Assembly: GCA_029005335.1 (NCBI GenBank)
Contig: JAQXFT010000022.1
Location: 21,438 to 85,437, forward strand
Length of the DNA: 64,000 nucleotides
Reading direction: 5' to 3'
Source: Oscillospiraceae bacterium
GTDB taxonomy: Bacteria; Bacillota; Clostridia; Oscillospirales; Ruminococcaceae
Positions within the stretch are counted from its first letter, which is position 1. Every line of letters starts with the position of its first letter. Of the stretch, positions 27,688 to 37,962 are shown piece by piece. Below the pieces are notes generated by a model. The model did not search any database, was not told the DNA's origin, and was given only the letters and a program-made list of their open reading frames with translations. The position numbers and the translations under genes are program-made.

Positions 27688-30156
27688 ATGGTATCAAAGA
27701 AGAAGGCTCTTACCGCCGGCGTTATGGCGGCTGCCCTTACTGCAAGCTCTGTACTTCCGGCTGCTGCTTCTGCCGCTGGTACAAGAACTAAAGATGAAAA
27801 ATTCGGCGACTCTACTTATGCTGAAAGATTTCTTTCACTCTATGATGATGTTATTACAAATGGTCAGGAAAATGGCTATTTAAGCTCCAAGAATGTTGCA
27901 AGCGGTGGATTCGGTGTTCCTTATCACGCTGTTGAAACTATGATTATTGAAGCTCCTGACTACGGTCACGAAACTACATCTGAAGCAATGTCATACATTG
28001 TATGGATGGCTGCTATGAGAGACGCTATCGCTGCATCAGGTAAAGTTGACGGTGCTACAAATACCAATGACCTCGCAAAGGCTTGGAAAACTCTTGAAAT
28101 TATGGTTCCTGATGTACAGCCTAACTACTGGCAGCAGGGTGAGCTTTCAGCTCGTGTAGCTCCTGAATATCAGGATCCGACTCAGTATCCTGCTCCTCAG
28201 GACGCAAATAACACTGGTAAAAACCCGATTTATGGCGAAATGAAATCCGCTTACGGAAACAGCGGTGACAAGGGTCTTTATCTTCTCCACTGGCTCGCTG
28301 ACGTTGATGACTGGTACGGCTTCGGCGGCGGAAACGGTAAGTTCACATTTATAAACACCTTCCAGAGAGGCGAACAGGAATCCTGTTGGGAAACTGTTCC
28401 TCACCCATGTGTTGAAGAGCTTACTTATGGTATGCCAAGTTACGGTATGAAGGGTCTTTTCAACGGTACAAACGAACCCGTTGCAAAGCAGTATGCTTAT
28501 ACAAACGCTCCTGACGCTGAAGACCGTGCTATTCAGGCTGTTTATGATGCAAACAAATGGGGTGTCGGCGATTCTTCACTCTCTGCACTCGCAGGTAAGA
28601 TGGGTGACCAGTGCCGTAACAACATGTTCGATAAATACTATAAGAAGATTGGCTGTCAGAATATGATGCAGGACAATAACGGCGGTTCAGGTCTTCAGGG
28701 TCAGCACTTCCTCATGTCATGGTATACTTCATGGGGCGGAGCTCTTGACGGTCAGTGGGCATGGCAGATTGGTGCTTCACATATGCACGAATTCTATCAG
28801 AACCCTCTCGCAGCTTATGCACTTCTCTATGATAAGGATATCAATGCTGGTATGAAGTCCTCAAATGCTAACAAGGATTATGAGGAATCATTCAAGAGAC
28901 AGCTCGAGCTTTATCTCTGGCTCCAGTCAGCTGACGGTCCTATCGCAGGCGGCTGCACAAACTCACTCAACGGCAGATATGAATCATACAGCAATGCCAA
29001 GACTTATGATAATCCGACAAGCTGTGGCAATTCTACATTCTATGATATGGTATATCAGGAACACCCTGTATATGCTGACCCGGGTTCAAACGGCTGGATT
29101 GGTAACCAGGTATGGGCTGTTCAGCGTCTCGCAGAGCTTTACTATGATGTAGTTACAAACGGCGACAAGTATGGCAAGAGCATCGGCGGACTCTCAGTTC
29201 AGGAAGCTCTTGAAAAGATTCTTGACAGATGGGTTGCATGGTTCATTGAAAATACAGAGCTTACAGCTGACGGCGATTACTCAATTCCTGCTTCACTTAA
29301 ATGGACAGGTTCTCCTGCTGCATGGACAGGAACTTATGATGCTAATGCTAATTCAGGTCTCACATGCGAAATCGTTGCAAGAGGTAACGCTGACCTCGGT
29401 TGCGTATCTTCACTCGCTAACTCACTCATCTACTATGCTGCTGCTAAGAAAGCTCCTTCTGATGACGCTAAGAATGCAAATGCTTCAACACTCGAAGGTC
29501 AGGCACTCTACCTCGCAAGAGAACTCCTCGACAGAGAATGGAATATCTGCCGTGATGATATCGGTCTCTCAAGAGTTGACCACAACGGAAGCCTTATTTC
29601 AAGATTCTTCGACCAGGATGTATGGGTACAGACTGATTACAACGGTACAATGCCTAACGGTGACAAGATTGCAAATGGTGCTACATTCTACAGCCTCCGT
29701 ACAATGTACAAGGAAGACCCGAAATTCGCTGAACTCGAAGCAGCTTATAAGATTTACTCAGACGGCGGAAAGACAGCTGAAGCTCTTGAAGAAGCATCTG
29801 ACAGCCTCGAACTCACATACCACAGATTCTGGCACGCTGGTGATATCCTTATGGCTAATGGTGTTATGTCAATGCTCTATCCTGATGTAACTCCTGTTAC
29901 TGAGACAGACCCGACAAACCCGACAGACCCAACAGGTGATATCCTCTGGGGAGACGTAAACGTTGACGGCAAGGTTGAAATCGCTGACGTTGTTGCTGCT
30001 GCTGCTTTCGTAGGTGATTCTGCAAATAACGCTGTTACACCTCAGGGACTTATCAACGGTGACGTTCATAATAACGGCGACGGTATGACATCTGGTGACG
30101 TTCTCGCTATCCAGCAGTACCTCGCAAGCATTGTAACTGAACTTCCTATCAAGTAA
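27688..30156 (+). CDS. cel48A: GH48 cellobiohydrolase with signal peptide and C-terminal dockerin (cellulosomal Cel48)
   Basis: EAPDYGHETTSEAMSY (general acid Glu), WLADVDDWYGFG, INTFQRGEQES, YTNAPDAEDRA, YHRFWH; PT linker; dockerin GDVNVDGKVEIAD..GDVHNNGDGMTSGD. Confidence 0.95.
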   Translation: MVSKKKALTAGVMAAALTASSVLPAAASAAGTRTKDEKFGDSTYAERFLSLYDDVITNGQENGYLSSKNVASGGFGVPYHAVETMIIEAPDYGHETTSEAMSYIVWMAAMRDAIAASGKVDGATNTNDLAKAWKTLEIMVPDVQPNYWQQGELSARVAPEYQDPTQYPAPQDANNTGKNPIYGEMKSAYGNSGDKGLYLLHWLADVDDWYGFGGGNGKFTFINTFQRGEQESCWETVPHPCVEELTYGMPSYGMKGLFNGTNEPVAKQYAYTNAPDAEDRAIQAVYDANKWGVGDSSLSALAGKMGDQCRNNMFDKYYKKIGCQNMMQDNNGGSGLQGQHFLMSWYTSWGGALDGQWAWQIGASHMHEFYQNPLAAYALLYDKDINAGMKSSNANKDYEESFKRQLELYLWLQSADGPIAGGCTNSLNGRYESYSNAKTYDNPTSCGNSTFYDMVYQEHPVYADPGSNGWIGNQVWAVQRLAELYYDVVTNGDKYGKSIGGLSVQEALEKILDRWVAWFIENTELTADGDYSIPASLKWTGSPAAWTGTYDANANSGLTCEIVARGNADLGCVSSLANSLIYYAAAKKAPSDDAKNANASTLEGQALYLARELLDREWNICRDDIGLSRVDHNGSLISRFFDQDVWVQTDYNGTMPNGDKIANGATFYSLRTMYKEDPKFAELEAAYKIYSDGGKTAEALEEASDSLELTYHRFWHAGDILMANGVMSMLYPDVTPVTETDPTNPTDPTGDILWGDVNVDGKVEIADVVAAAAFVGDSANNAVTPQGLINGDVHNNGDGMTSGDVLAIQQYLASIVTELPIK

Positions 30157-30177
30157 TTAGTTTTAATTAACCTTTAC

Positions 30178-30208
30178 AGGGGTATTCCTTCGGGAATGCC
30201 CCTTTTGT
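30178..30208 (+). terminator. cel48 intrinsic terminator
   Basis: GGGGTATTCC-TTCG-GGAATGCCCC plus TTTTGTTTT. Confidence 0.9.
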
Positions 30209-30242
30209 TTTTTTAAAATATGTTCTTTTTTCGTTAATGCCC

Positions 30243-30271
30243 TTGCATTTTCTTGGATAAGGTGGTATAAT
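30243..30271 (+). promoter_or_regulatory. sigma-A promoter of the yloC-gmk-priA operon
   Basis: TTGCAT, 17 nt spacer, TATAAT with a TG extended -10. Confidence 0.7.
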
Positions 30272-30319
30272 AATATATATTTTGAAATTGAAACTAAATT
30301 TGAAATGGAGCATTTAATT

Positions 30320-31240
30320 ATGAGAAGTATGACAGGCTACGGCAAGGCTCAGAGTATTTCTGACGGCAGAGAAATTTCCGTTGAAATACGTTCGGTAAAT
30401 CACAGATACTATGAATTCAATTCAAGAATACCAAGAGCTTATACCTATCTTGAGGAAAAGCTTAAAACGCTTATTCACTCAAAAATAAGCAGAGGTAAAA
30501 TTGAAGTTTCAGTTGCTGTAAATAATATTGAAAATTCCGATTACTCCGTTGAGATTAATAAGCCCGTTCTTGAAAGCTATTTCAATGCACTTGCTGACCT
30601 TTCAGTAAATGGAATATCAGTTGACGAAAAATTCAGCAACGTACTCGGCAGAACATATAAAATCGAAAATGACCTTACACTTTCAAATATTATGAAAATT
30701 CCGGATATATTTACTGTCTCCAGAAAGACCGATGATGAGGAACAGATATGGAATGCGGTGAAAGCTGTCGCTGAAAAGGCTCTTGAAAGCTTTATGGAAA
30801 TGAGTTTCGCTGAGGGCGAACGCCTTAAAAACGATATAGAACAGAAATTATCCGGTATAAGCGAAATGGTCGGAAAAATCAAGGTTCTTGAGCCACAGTC
30901 AATAGAGATATACCGTGAGAGACTTTACAGCAGACTTAAAGAAATTCTCGAAGCCACGGATATCGATGAGCAGAGAATTATTACAGAATGTGCTGTTTTC
31001 AGCGACAAGGTCGCTGTTGATGAAGAAACTGTACGTCTCGAAAGCCATATAAATCAGGTTCTTTCACTCATTTATTCCGGTGAACCCTGCGGAAAAAAGA
31101 TTGACTTTATTATTCAGGAAATGAACAGGGAAGTAAATACAATCGGTTCAAAATCACAGAGCCTCGAAATAACTAAAACTGTCGTTGACCTGAAATCAGA
31201 AATCGAAAAAATCAGGGAACAGATTCAGAAGGTGGAGTGA
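30320..31240 (+). CDS. yloC: YicC/YloC family endoribonuclease
   Basis: MRSMTGYG, EIRSVNHRY, EETVRLESH, GKKIDFIIQEMNREVNTIGSK, EKIREQIQ. Confidence 0.92.
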   Translation: MRSMTGYGKAQSISDGREISVEIRSVNHRYYEFNSRIPRAYTYLEEKLKTLIHSKISRGKIEVSVAVNNIENSDYSVEINKPVLESYFNALADLSVNGISVDEKFSNVLGRTYKIENDLTLSNIMKIPDIFTVSRKTDDEEQIWNAVKAVAEKALESFMEMSFAEGERLKNDIEQKLSGISEMVGKIKVLEPQSIEIYRERLYSRLKEILEATDIDEQRIITECAVFSDKVAVDEETVRLESHINQVLSLIYSGEPCGKKIDFIIQEMNREVNTIGSKSQSLEITKTVVDLKSEIEKIREQIQKVE

Positions 31241-31246
31241 ATATTC

Positions 31247-31498
31247 ATGCTTATAAATATAGGATACGGAAATATGATTTCCTCAAATCGGATAGTCTCA
31301 GTTGTAAGCCCCGAATCTGCACCGGTCAAACGTCTTGTTCAGGAGGCAAGAGATTCCGGAATGGTTATTGATGCCACATACGGAAGAAGAACACGTGCAG
31401 TTATTGTTATGGACAGCGGACATATAGTGCTTTCATCACTTGTTACTGATACTGTTGCACAGAGAGTAAACGAAAAGGAGAAAAAAAATTATGAATAA
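31247..31498 (+). CDS. remA: RemA (DUF370) family protein
   Basis: [34 protein letters not shown]. Confidence 0.9.
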   Translation: MLINIGYGNMISSNRIVSVVSPESAPVKRLVQEARDSGMVIDATYGRRTRAVIVMDSGHIVLSSLVTDTVAQRVNEKEKKNYE

Positions 31499-32096
31499 AG
31501 GCTTGCTTATCGTTGTATCTGCTCCGTCAGGGTGCGGAAAGGGTACGGTTCTTAAAGAAATTTTAAAGGACGAAAATTATTATTATTCCGTCTCCGCTAC
31601 CACCCGTGAACCAAGAGAGGGCGAAACAGACGGAGTACACTACAGATTCTATTCAAGAGAAAAGTTTGAAAAGCTTGTTTCCGATAATATTATGCTTGAA
31701 CACGCTGAATACTGCCATAATTATTATGGCACAAGAGGCGATATAGTTGAGGAAATGAGAAATAAGGGAAAGGACGTTATCCTTGAAATAGAGGTTCAGG
31801 GTGCTATGAACGTTATGAAAAAATGTCCCGAAGCTATAAGTATATTTATACTTCCGCCGTCAGTCAGGGAGCTTGAAAGACGTCTGCGTAAAAGAGGTAC
31901 TGAAGAAGAAGAAGTAATAGCAGAAAGACTTGAAAAAGCCATTGAGGAAATAGGATATGCTCCCAGATATAAGTACATAATTGTTAACGATGCTTTGGAG
32001 AACGCTGTAGACGACTTCAAAGCTGTTATAAAGGCTGAAAAGCTTAAAGCTGAGTATGCCGGCGAAATTTTAGATGAGGTGATTAAAAATGCTTAG
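31491..32096 (+). CDS. gmk: Guanylate kinase
   Basis: [36 protein letters not shown]. Confidence 0.95.
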   Translation: MNKGLLIVVSAPSGCGKGTVLKEILKDENYYYSVSATTREPREGETDGVHYRFYSREKFEKLVSDNIMLEHAEYCHNYYGTRGDIVEEMRNKGKDVILEIEVQGAMNVMKKCPEAISIFILPPSVRELERRLRKRGTEEEEVIAERLEKAIEEIGYAPRYKYIIVNDALENAVDDFKAVIKAEKLKAEYAGEILDEVIKNA

Positions 32097-32289
32097 ACCG
32101 TCAGTAAATCAGATTATTTCAAAAAATGAAAGCTGTTACTCTCTTGTAATAGCTGTCGCAAAGCGTGCAAGGGAAATCGCTGATGAGCTTTATAAAAACA
32201 GCAGGACACTTGAGGAAAAACCTGTAAAAACTGCTGTTGAGGAGTTCGCAAGCGGTAAGTACAAGATTATTGAAGCTCCGAAAAGATGA
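32089..32289 (+). CDS. rpoZ: RNA polymerase omega subunit
   Basis: MLRPS, YSLVIAVAKRAREI, KPVKTAVEE; gmk-rpoZ synteny. Confidence 0.9.
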   Translation: MLRPSVNQIISKNESCYSLVIAVAKRAREIADELYKNSRTLEEKPVKTAVEEFASGKYKIIEAPKR

Positions 32290-34550
32290 GCCTTATTGCA
32301 GATACTGCTGTAAGCGGTACATCATATTCCTTTGATATGCTTTTCAGCTATGCCGTCCCCGAAAATATTTCGGAAACGCTTAAAGAAGGTTGCAGGGTTA
32401 TTGTACCGTTCGGCAGGGGAAACAAAAAAAGAACTGCCGTTGTTATCAGACTAAGAGAGGGAAGCATTTCAGGATTAAAAGCTCTGGAAATTCAGGCTGA
32501 TGAAAGTCCTGTTCTGTCTCCGGAGCTTATAAGGCTCTCTCTTTATCTTCATGACAATACTTTCTGCACTTATTATGATGCTGTTAAAGCCATGCTTCCT
32601 GCCGGATACAATATAGTTATGTCAGAAAATATCCCAAGAAATGCAGTCGGAAACAGTGTTGTAAAAATAGTTCGCTTTTCTGATGAGTATATAAATAATC
32701 CCGAAAATTTTAATCTTACTCCGAAACAGAAAATTGTTGCGGATATGCTTGAGGAATCCGGAGCTGTTTCCGAAAAAGAGCTTGCATATATCTGTGGAGT
32801 TACTGTTTCAGTAATCAGGCGAATGACTGAAAATAACGTTCTGGTATGCTTTGAAAATGAAGTTTACAGAGAAGTATGCAATTCAGATGTCGAAAAAAGA
32901 GATATTAATGATGTTGTGCTTTCTCAGGAACAGCAGACAGCTTTTGAAAGTATATTTAAAAATGTCAGGGAAAAAATTCCGTCCTGCTTTCTGCTCCATG
33001 GAGTTACCGGAAGCGGTAAAACCCTGATTTTTGAAAAGCTTATTCATGAAACTGTATCAATGGGGCGGACTGCCCTGCTTCTTATTCCTGAAATTGCTCT
33101 TACTCCCCAGATTCTGCAAAGATTCAGGGGGCTTTTCGGAGACAGAATAGCTGTTCTTCACAGTGGTCTGTCAGTGGGACAGAGATATGACGAACACAGA
33201 AGAATTAAAAATGGCTGTGCCGATATAGTTATAGGTACGAGAAGTGCCGTATTTGCTCCGCTTGAAAATATAGGCATTATCATAATGGACGAGGAGGGAG
33301 AACGCTCCTATAAATCCGAAAGCTCTCCGAGATATAATACCATTGATATTGCAAAACAGCGTTGCAGATACCATAACTGCGTACTTCTGCTTGCATCAGC
33401 AACGCCGTCTGTTGAAAGCTATTATTATGCCCAAAAGGGAATATATAAGCTTATAGAGCTTAAAAACAGATATAACAATGCACCATTGCCGGAGGTTCAC
33501 ATAGTAGATATGGCTCAGGAACGTTCAGCCGGAAACCGTACAGGCTTCAGCCACGTTCTTTCGTCAGAAATACAGCGTAATCTTGATAACGGTGAACAGA
33601 CAATACTTCTTCTTAACCGCAGAGGATACCGCACTGTTATGAGCTGTATTGAATGCAGTCAGCCGGTATATTGCAAAAATTGTACCGTACCTATGACATA
33701 TCACAAAGTCAACGGAAAGCTTATGTGTCATTATTGCGGATATGTCTGCGATATTCCGGAAAAATGTGACAAATGCGGTTCTGAACGCTTCAGAATGACA
33801 GGAACAGGTACTCAGCGTGTAGAGGAAGAGCTTGAAATATTCTTTCCTGATGCCCGTATACTCCGCATGGACGCCGATACAACCTTTTCAAGGGCTTCAT
33901 ATGAAAAGAATTTCAGGGATTTTGCAGACGGAAAATATGATATTATGCTTGGTACTCAGATGATTGGAAAGGGTCTTGATTTTCCGAATGTAACCCTTGT
34001 GGGAGTGCTTTCGGTTGACAATTCGCTTTACAGCGGAGATTTCAGAAGCTATGAGAGAACTTTTTCGCTTATAACTCAGGTTGTAGGCAGGGGAGGTCGT
34101 GACGGCAAATATGCAAGAGCATATATCCAGACCTTTATGCCTGACCATTATATTATAAATCTTGCGTCACAGCAGAATTATACTGAATTTTATAAAGAGG
34201 AAATCGAAATCAGAAGAAGCCTGATATATCCGCCTGTGTGTGATTTGTGCGTTATCGGCATATCCGGAACAGATGAAGAATGTGTTTCAGTTGCCGGCAA
34301 ATGCATAATAAATATAATTTCCGGTATGCTTAAAAACTGGCATTATAGAACTCCGGTAAAGGTTATAGGAGATTTGAAATGCTCGCATACAAGAATAAAC
34401 GGAAAATTCAGGCATAGAATTATAATAAAATGTAAAAATACTAAGGAAATCCGTGAATTTATAACTTATGTTATCAAAGAGTCATCTAAATGCAGGGAGC
34501 TTTCGGGAATCTCTGTATATGCAGATATGAATGGCGATACAGGATTTTAA
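32286..34550 (+). CDS. priA: Primosomal protein N' (PriA)
   Basis: GVTGSGKT, PEIALTPQ, DEEGERSYK, two Cys clusters, GTQMIGKGLDF, QVVGRGGR. Confidence 0.95.
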   Translation: MSLIADTAVSGTSYSFDMLFSYAVPENISETLKEGCRVIVPFGRGNKKRTAVVIRLREGSISGLKALEIQADESPVLSPELIRLSLYLHDNTFCTYYDAVKAMLPAGYNIVMSENIPRNAVGNSVVKIVRFSDEYINNPENFNLTPKQKIVADMLEESGAVSEKELAYICGVTVSVIRRMTENNVLVCFENEVYREVCNSDVEKRDINDVVLSQEQQTAFESIFKNVREKIPSCFLLHGVTGSGKTLIFEKLIHETVSMGRTALLLIPEIALTPQILQRFRGLFGDRIAVLHSGLSVGQRYDEHRRIKNGCADIVIGTRSAVFAPLENIGIIIMDEEGERSYKSESSPRYNTIDIAKQRCRYHNCVLLLASATPSVESYYYAQKGIYKLIELKNRYNNAPLPEVHIVDMAQERSAGNRTGFSHVLSSEIQRNLDNGEQTILLLNRRGYRTVMSCIECSQPVYCKNCTVPMTYHKVNGKLMCHYCGYVCDIPEKCDKCGSERFRMTGTGTQRVEEELEIFFPDARILRMDADTTFSRASYEKNFRDFADGKYDIMLGTQMIGKGLDFPNVTLVGVLSVDNSLYSGDFRSYERTFSLITQVVGRGGRDGKYARAYIQTFMPDHYIINLASQQNYTEFYKEEIEIRRSLIYPPVCDLCVIGISGTDEECVSVAGKCIINIISGMLKNWHYRTPVKVIGDLKCSHTRINGKFRHRIIIKCKNTKEIREFITYVIKESSKCRELSGISVYADMNGDTGF

Positions 34551-34568
34551 ACAATATGGAGGGAAAAA

Positions 34569-35030
34569 ATGGCTATAAGAAAGATTCTTACTCAGGAGGA
34601 CGAAACACTTCATGCAATATGCAAGCCTGTTGAAAAGTTTGACGAAAAGCTTGCACAGCTTCTTGATGATATGCATGAAACTCTTGACAAGGCTCAGGGA
34701 GTGGGGCTTGCTGCTCCCCAGATAGGTATAAGACGCAGAATTTTTATAATGCACGTTGATGATGAAAAAATTGAGGCAATAAATCCTCAGATTATAAAAA
34801 CAAAAGGCAGACAGAGAGTGCTTGAGGGCTGTCTTTCATGCCCTAATCAGTGGGGATATGTTACAAGGCCTCTTAAATGTATTCTGAAGGCTCAGGACAG
34901 AGACGGAAACTGGTATGAAAGAAAATTTTCAGAACTTGCTGCACAATGTACCTGTCACGAAAATGACCACCTTGACGGTCATTTATTTACCGAAGTAGTA
35001 GAGGAATTTATAATTCCTGATGAGGAGTAA
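34569..35030 (+). CDS. def: Peptide deformylase
   Basis: GVGLAAPQIG, EGCLS, HENDHLDG. Confidence 0.95.
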   Translation: MAIRKILTQEDETLHAICKPVEKFDEKLAQLLDDMHETLDKAQGVGLAAPQIGIRRRIFIMHVDDEKIEAINPQIIKTKGRQRVLEGCLSCPNQWGYVTRPLKCILKAQDRDGNWYERKFSELAAQCTCHENDHLDGHLFTEVVEEFIIPDEE

Positions 35031-35031
35031 T

Positions 35032-35964
35032 ATGAACAGATTAAAAATAGTATTTATGGGTACTCCTGATTTTGCAGTGCCTTGTCTGGAAAAGCTTGTT
35101 GAAACCGAAGATGTAAAAGCTGTATTTACTCAGCCCGATAAGCCTAAGGGACGTGGATTTAAAATGATTCCTACTCCTGTAAAGGAATCCGCCCTTAAAT
35201 ATGATATAGCCGTATATCAGCCGAAATCACTCCGGAAAGGTGATGACGCTGAAAAGGCTCTTGAGATTCTTAGAGAAATCAGTCCTGATTTGATAGTAGT
35301 TACGGCATACGGACAGATTCTTCCGAAAGAAGTGCTTGAGCTTCCGGAATATGGCTGCATTAATATTCACGCTTCTTTATTGCCGGCATATCGTGGAGCT
35401 GCTCCGATTCAGTGGTGCATACTCAACGGAGAAAAGAAAACCGGTGTAACTTCAATGCAGATGAATGCCGGACTTGATACGGGTGATATGCTTGTAAAGC
35501 GTGAAACTGATATAGGCGAAAATGAAACTTCTGCTGAACTCTTTGAACGTCTTGCAGAAATGGGCGGAGAAGTGCTTCTTGAAACAATAGCTAAAATTAA
35601 AAACCATTCCCTTGAACCCGTAAAACAAGATGATTCGCTTTCTTCGTATTCTCCCATGATTACAAAGGATATGAGCCGTCTTGACTTTTCAGAGCCTGCA
35701 CAGAAAATTCACAATATAATAAGAGGTATTACAGGATTTACGGTACTGGACGGAAAAAGACTTAAAGTTTATCGTTCATCACTTTCCGGCGAATTTTCAA
35801 CGGCAGAAAACGGTGAAATTACTGACATAAAAAATTTCGGAGTAAAATGCGGTGACGGACAGATAATAAGATTTGAGGAAGTTCAGCTTGAGGGAAGCAA
35901 ACGCATGAAGGTTTCAGATTTTCTTAGGGGAAAAAAGCTTGAAAAAGGAAGTATACTGGGGTAA
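35032..35964 (+). CDS. fmt: Methionyl-tRNA formyltransferase
   Basis: FMGTPDFA, TQPDKPKGRG, NIHASLLPAYRGAAPI, GLDTGD. Confidence 0.95.
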   Translation: MNRLKIVFMGTPDFAVPCLEKLVETEDVKAVFTQPDKPKGRGFKMIPTPVKESALKYDIAVYQPKSLRKGDDAEKALEILREISPDLIVVTAYGQILPKEVLELPEYGCINIHASLLPAYRGAAPIQWCILNGEKKTGVTSMQMNAGLDTGDMLVKRETDIGENETSAELFERLAEMGGEVLLETIAKIKNHSLEPVKQDDSLSSYSPMITKDMSRLDFSEPAQKIHNIIRGITGFTVLDGKRLKVYRSSLSGEFSTAENGEITDIKNFGVKCGDGQIIRFEEVQLEGSKRMKVSDFLRGKKLEKGSILG

Positions 35965-35989
35965 TTATGTTTCATAACGGAGGTATATT

Positions 35990-36658
35990 ATGAGTTATTT
36001 TCTTGTTATCATTTCATTTCTTGTCGCACTTCTGGCATCTTTCAATGTTAATCGTACCTATAAAAAATACAGTCAGATGATGAACCGCAGAGGCTATACA
36101 GCCGACCAGATTGCAAGAATGATTCTTGACCAGAACGGCTTGTATAATGTTGCAATAGAGAGAGTAAGCGGAAGCCTTACTGACCATTTTGACCCCAATG
36201 CCAATGTTATAAGGCTTTCGGATTCTGTATACGGAAAGACTTCAGCCGCTGCAATAGGAGTAGCTGCACATGAATGCGGTCATGCGGTACAGTATGCGGA
36301 ACAGTATTCACCTATGAAAATACGTTCTGCCATAATACCAATAACCAATATAGGTTCAAGCCTTGCATATCCTCTTGTAATTCTCGGAATAATTCTCGGA
36401 GGCTTCCGCCCTCTTATAACTATAGGAATATGGCTTTTTATTGCGGTAGTGGCATTTCAGCTTGTAACCCTCCCTGTAGAGTTCAACGCAAGCGGAAGAG
36501 CCTTAAAGACTCTTGAACAGAGCGGATATCTTGATGATGATGAGCTGGCACAATCCAAAAAAGTTTTAACAGCAGCTGCCCTGACATATGTTGCAGCACT
36601 GTTTACAGCTATTGCACAGCTTATAAGACTTGTGGCAATTTCAGACAGAAGGAATTAA
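35990..36658 (+). CDS. YugP-like membrane zinc metallopeptidase
   Basis: LTDHFDP, AAHECGHAVQ, TLPVEFNAS, LTAAALTYVAA. Confidence 0.88.
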   Translation: MSYFLVIISFLVALLASFNVNRTYKKYSQMMNRRGYTADQIARMILDQNGLYNVAIERVSGSLTDHFDPNANVIRLSDSVYGKTSAAAIGVAAHECGHAVQYAEQYSPMKIRSAIIPITNIGSSLAYPLVILGIILGGFRPLITIGIWLFIAVVAFQLVTLPVEFNASGRALKTLEQSGYLDDDELAQSKKVLTAAALTYVAALFTAIAQLIRLVAISDRRN

Positions 36659-36662
36659 TTAT

Positions 36663-37961
36663 ATGAAAAATGCAAGATTTCTTGCTGTTGAACTTCTCGG
36701 CAGGACATTTAAAAATAACGGATATTCAAATATCCAGCTTGGAGCAGGTCTTGAAAAATCGGGTCTTGATGAACGTGACAGGCGTTTATGCTCCATGCTG
36801 TATTACGGAGTTATTGAAAGAAAAATTACGCTTGATTATATAATATCACAGCTCAGCAACAGAAGTACGGATAAAATTGACCTTACTGTATTGAATATTC
36901 TCCGGACGGGAATATATCAGATTCTTTATATGGATAATATTCCTGATAATGCCTCTGTAAATGAAAGCGTAAATCTTGTGAAAGCCTTTCACAAGAAGAG
37001 TGCTTCGGGATTTGTAAATGCAATACTCCGCAATTTTATCAGAAATAATAAGGATTATGCCGTTCCGAGAGATATTTTTATATCGTCAAGTGTAAAATAT
37101 TCCGCACCTGTTGAATTTATAGAAAGTCTTATAAATGATTACGGTATGGAAAAAATGGACATACTTCTTTCAGATGCACTTGAAGTTCCGCCTGTTACGG
37201 TCAGAATAAATACCATTAAAGAAGATTCCTCAGATATTATGGAAAATCTCGGTGCTGAAAAATCCGGTATAATCCCTGACTGTTACAACCTTAAATGCGG
37301 AGACCTGACAGCTCTTCCGGAATTTAAAAGCGGATATTTTCACGTTCAGGATTTATCATCACAGCTCTGCTGTATGGCTCTGAACCCAACGGAAAATGAC
37401 AGAGTTCTTGATTTGTGTTCAGCTCCGGGCGGAAAAGCCTTTACCATGGCTCAGCTTATGAAAGACAAGGGAGAAATATATGCCTTTGATTTGCATGAAA
37501 AGCGTGTTGATTTGATAAAAAAAGGTTCGGAACGTCTCGGCATATCCAATATAAAGGCTATGACCGGTGATGCCTGCACATTCAATCCGGATTTGCCGAA
37601 ATTTTCAAAAATTCTTTGTGATGTTCCATGCTCCGGAATCGGAGTTATAAGACGCAAGCAGGAGATAAAATACAAGAATTTTGCCGGATTTGAAAAGCTT
37701 CCGGAAATACAATACAGGATACTTGAAAATGCTCTTAATTATCTTGAATCCGGCGGTGAGCTTGTATATTCAACGTGTACTCTCCGCAAAGCCGAAAATG
37801 ATAATATCATAGACAGACTTCTTGAAAATCACAGCGATATTGAGGGAATACCATTCCTTCAGAAGCTTGGCGAACCCTTCGGGAGCTATAAGGCTACTAT
37901 TTTTCCTGACTGTTTTAAAAGTGACGGATTCTTTATTTCAAAAATAAGGAAAGTAAGGTGA
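36663..37961 (+). CDS. rsmB: 16S rRNA m5C967 methyltransferase
   Basis: NusB-like N-terminus, VQDLSS, DLCSAPGGK, DVPCSG, YSTCT. Confidence 0.93.
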   Translation: MKNARFLAVELLGRTFKNNGYSNIQLGAGLEKSGLDERDRRLCSMLYYGVIERKITLDYIISQLSNRSTDKIDLTVLNILRTGIYQILYMDNIPDNASVNESVNLVKAFHKKSASGFVNAILRNFIRNNKDYAVPRDIFISSSVKYSAPVEFIESLINDYGMEKMDILLSDALEVPPVTVRINTIKEDSSDIMENLGAEKSGIIPDCYNLKCGDLTALPEFKSGYFHVQDLSSQLCCMALNPTENDRVLDLCSAPGGKAFTMAQLMKDKGEIYAFDLHEKRVDLIKKGSERLGISNIKAMTGDACTFNPDLPKFSKILCDVPCSGIGVIRRKQEIKYKNFAGFEKLPEIQYRILENALNYLESGGELVYSTCTLRKAENDNIIDRLLENHSDIEGIPFLQKLGEPFGSYKATIFPDCFKSDGFFISKIRKVR

Positions 37962-37962
37962 T

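Noticed and set aside
27488-27883. 131-aa ORF spanning the cel48 promoter
   Set aside because: Overlaps the -35/-10 and the true start, has no RBS and is out of frame with cel48
28481-29890. Long same-strand alternative-frame ORFs inside cel48 (61, 95 and 239 aa)
   Set aside because: No RBS or recognisable motifs; explained by the strong codon bias of cel48, which depletes off-frame stops
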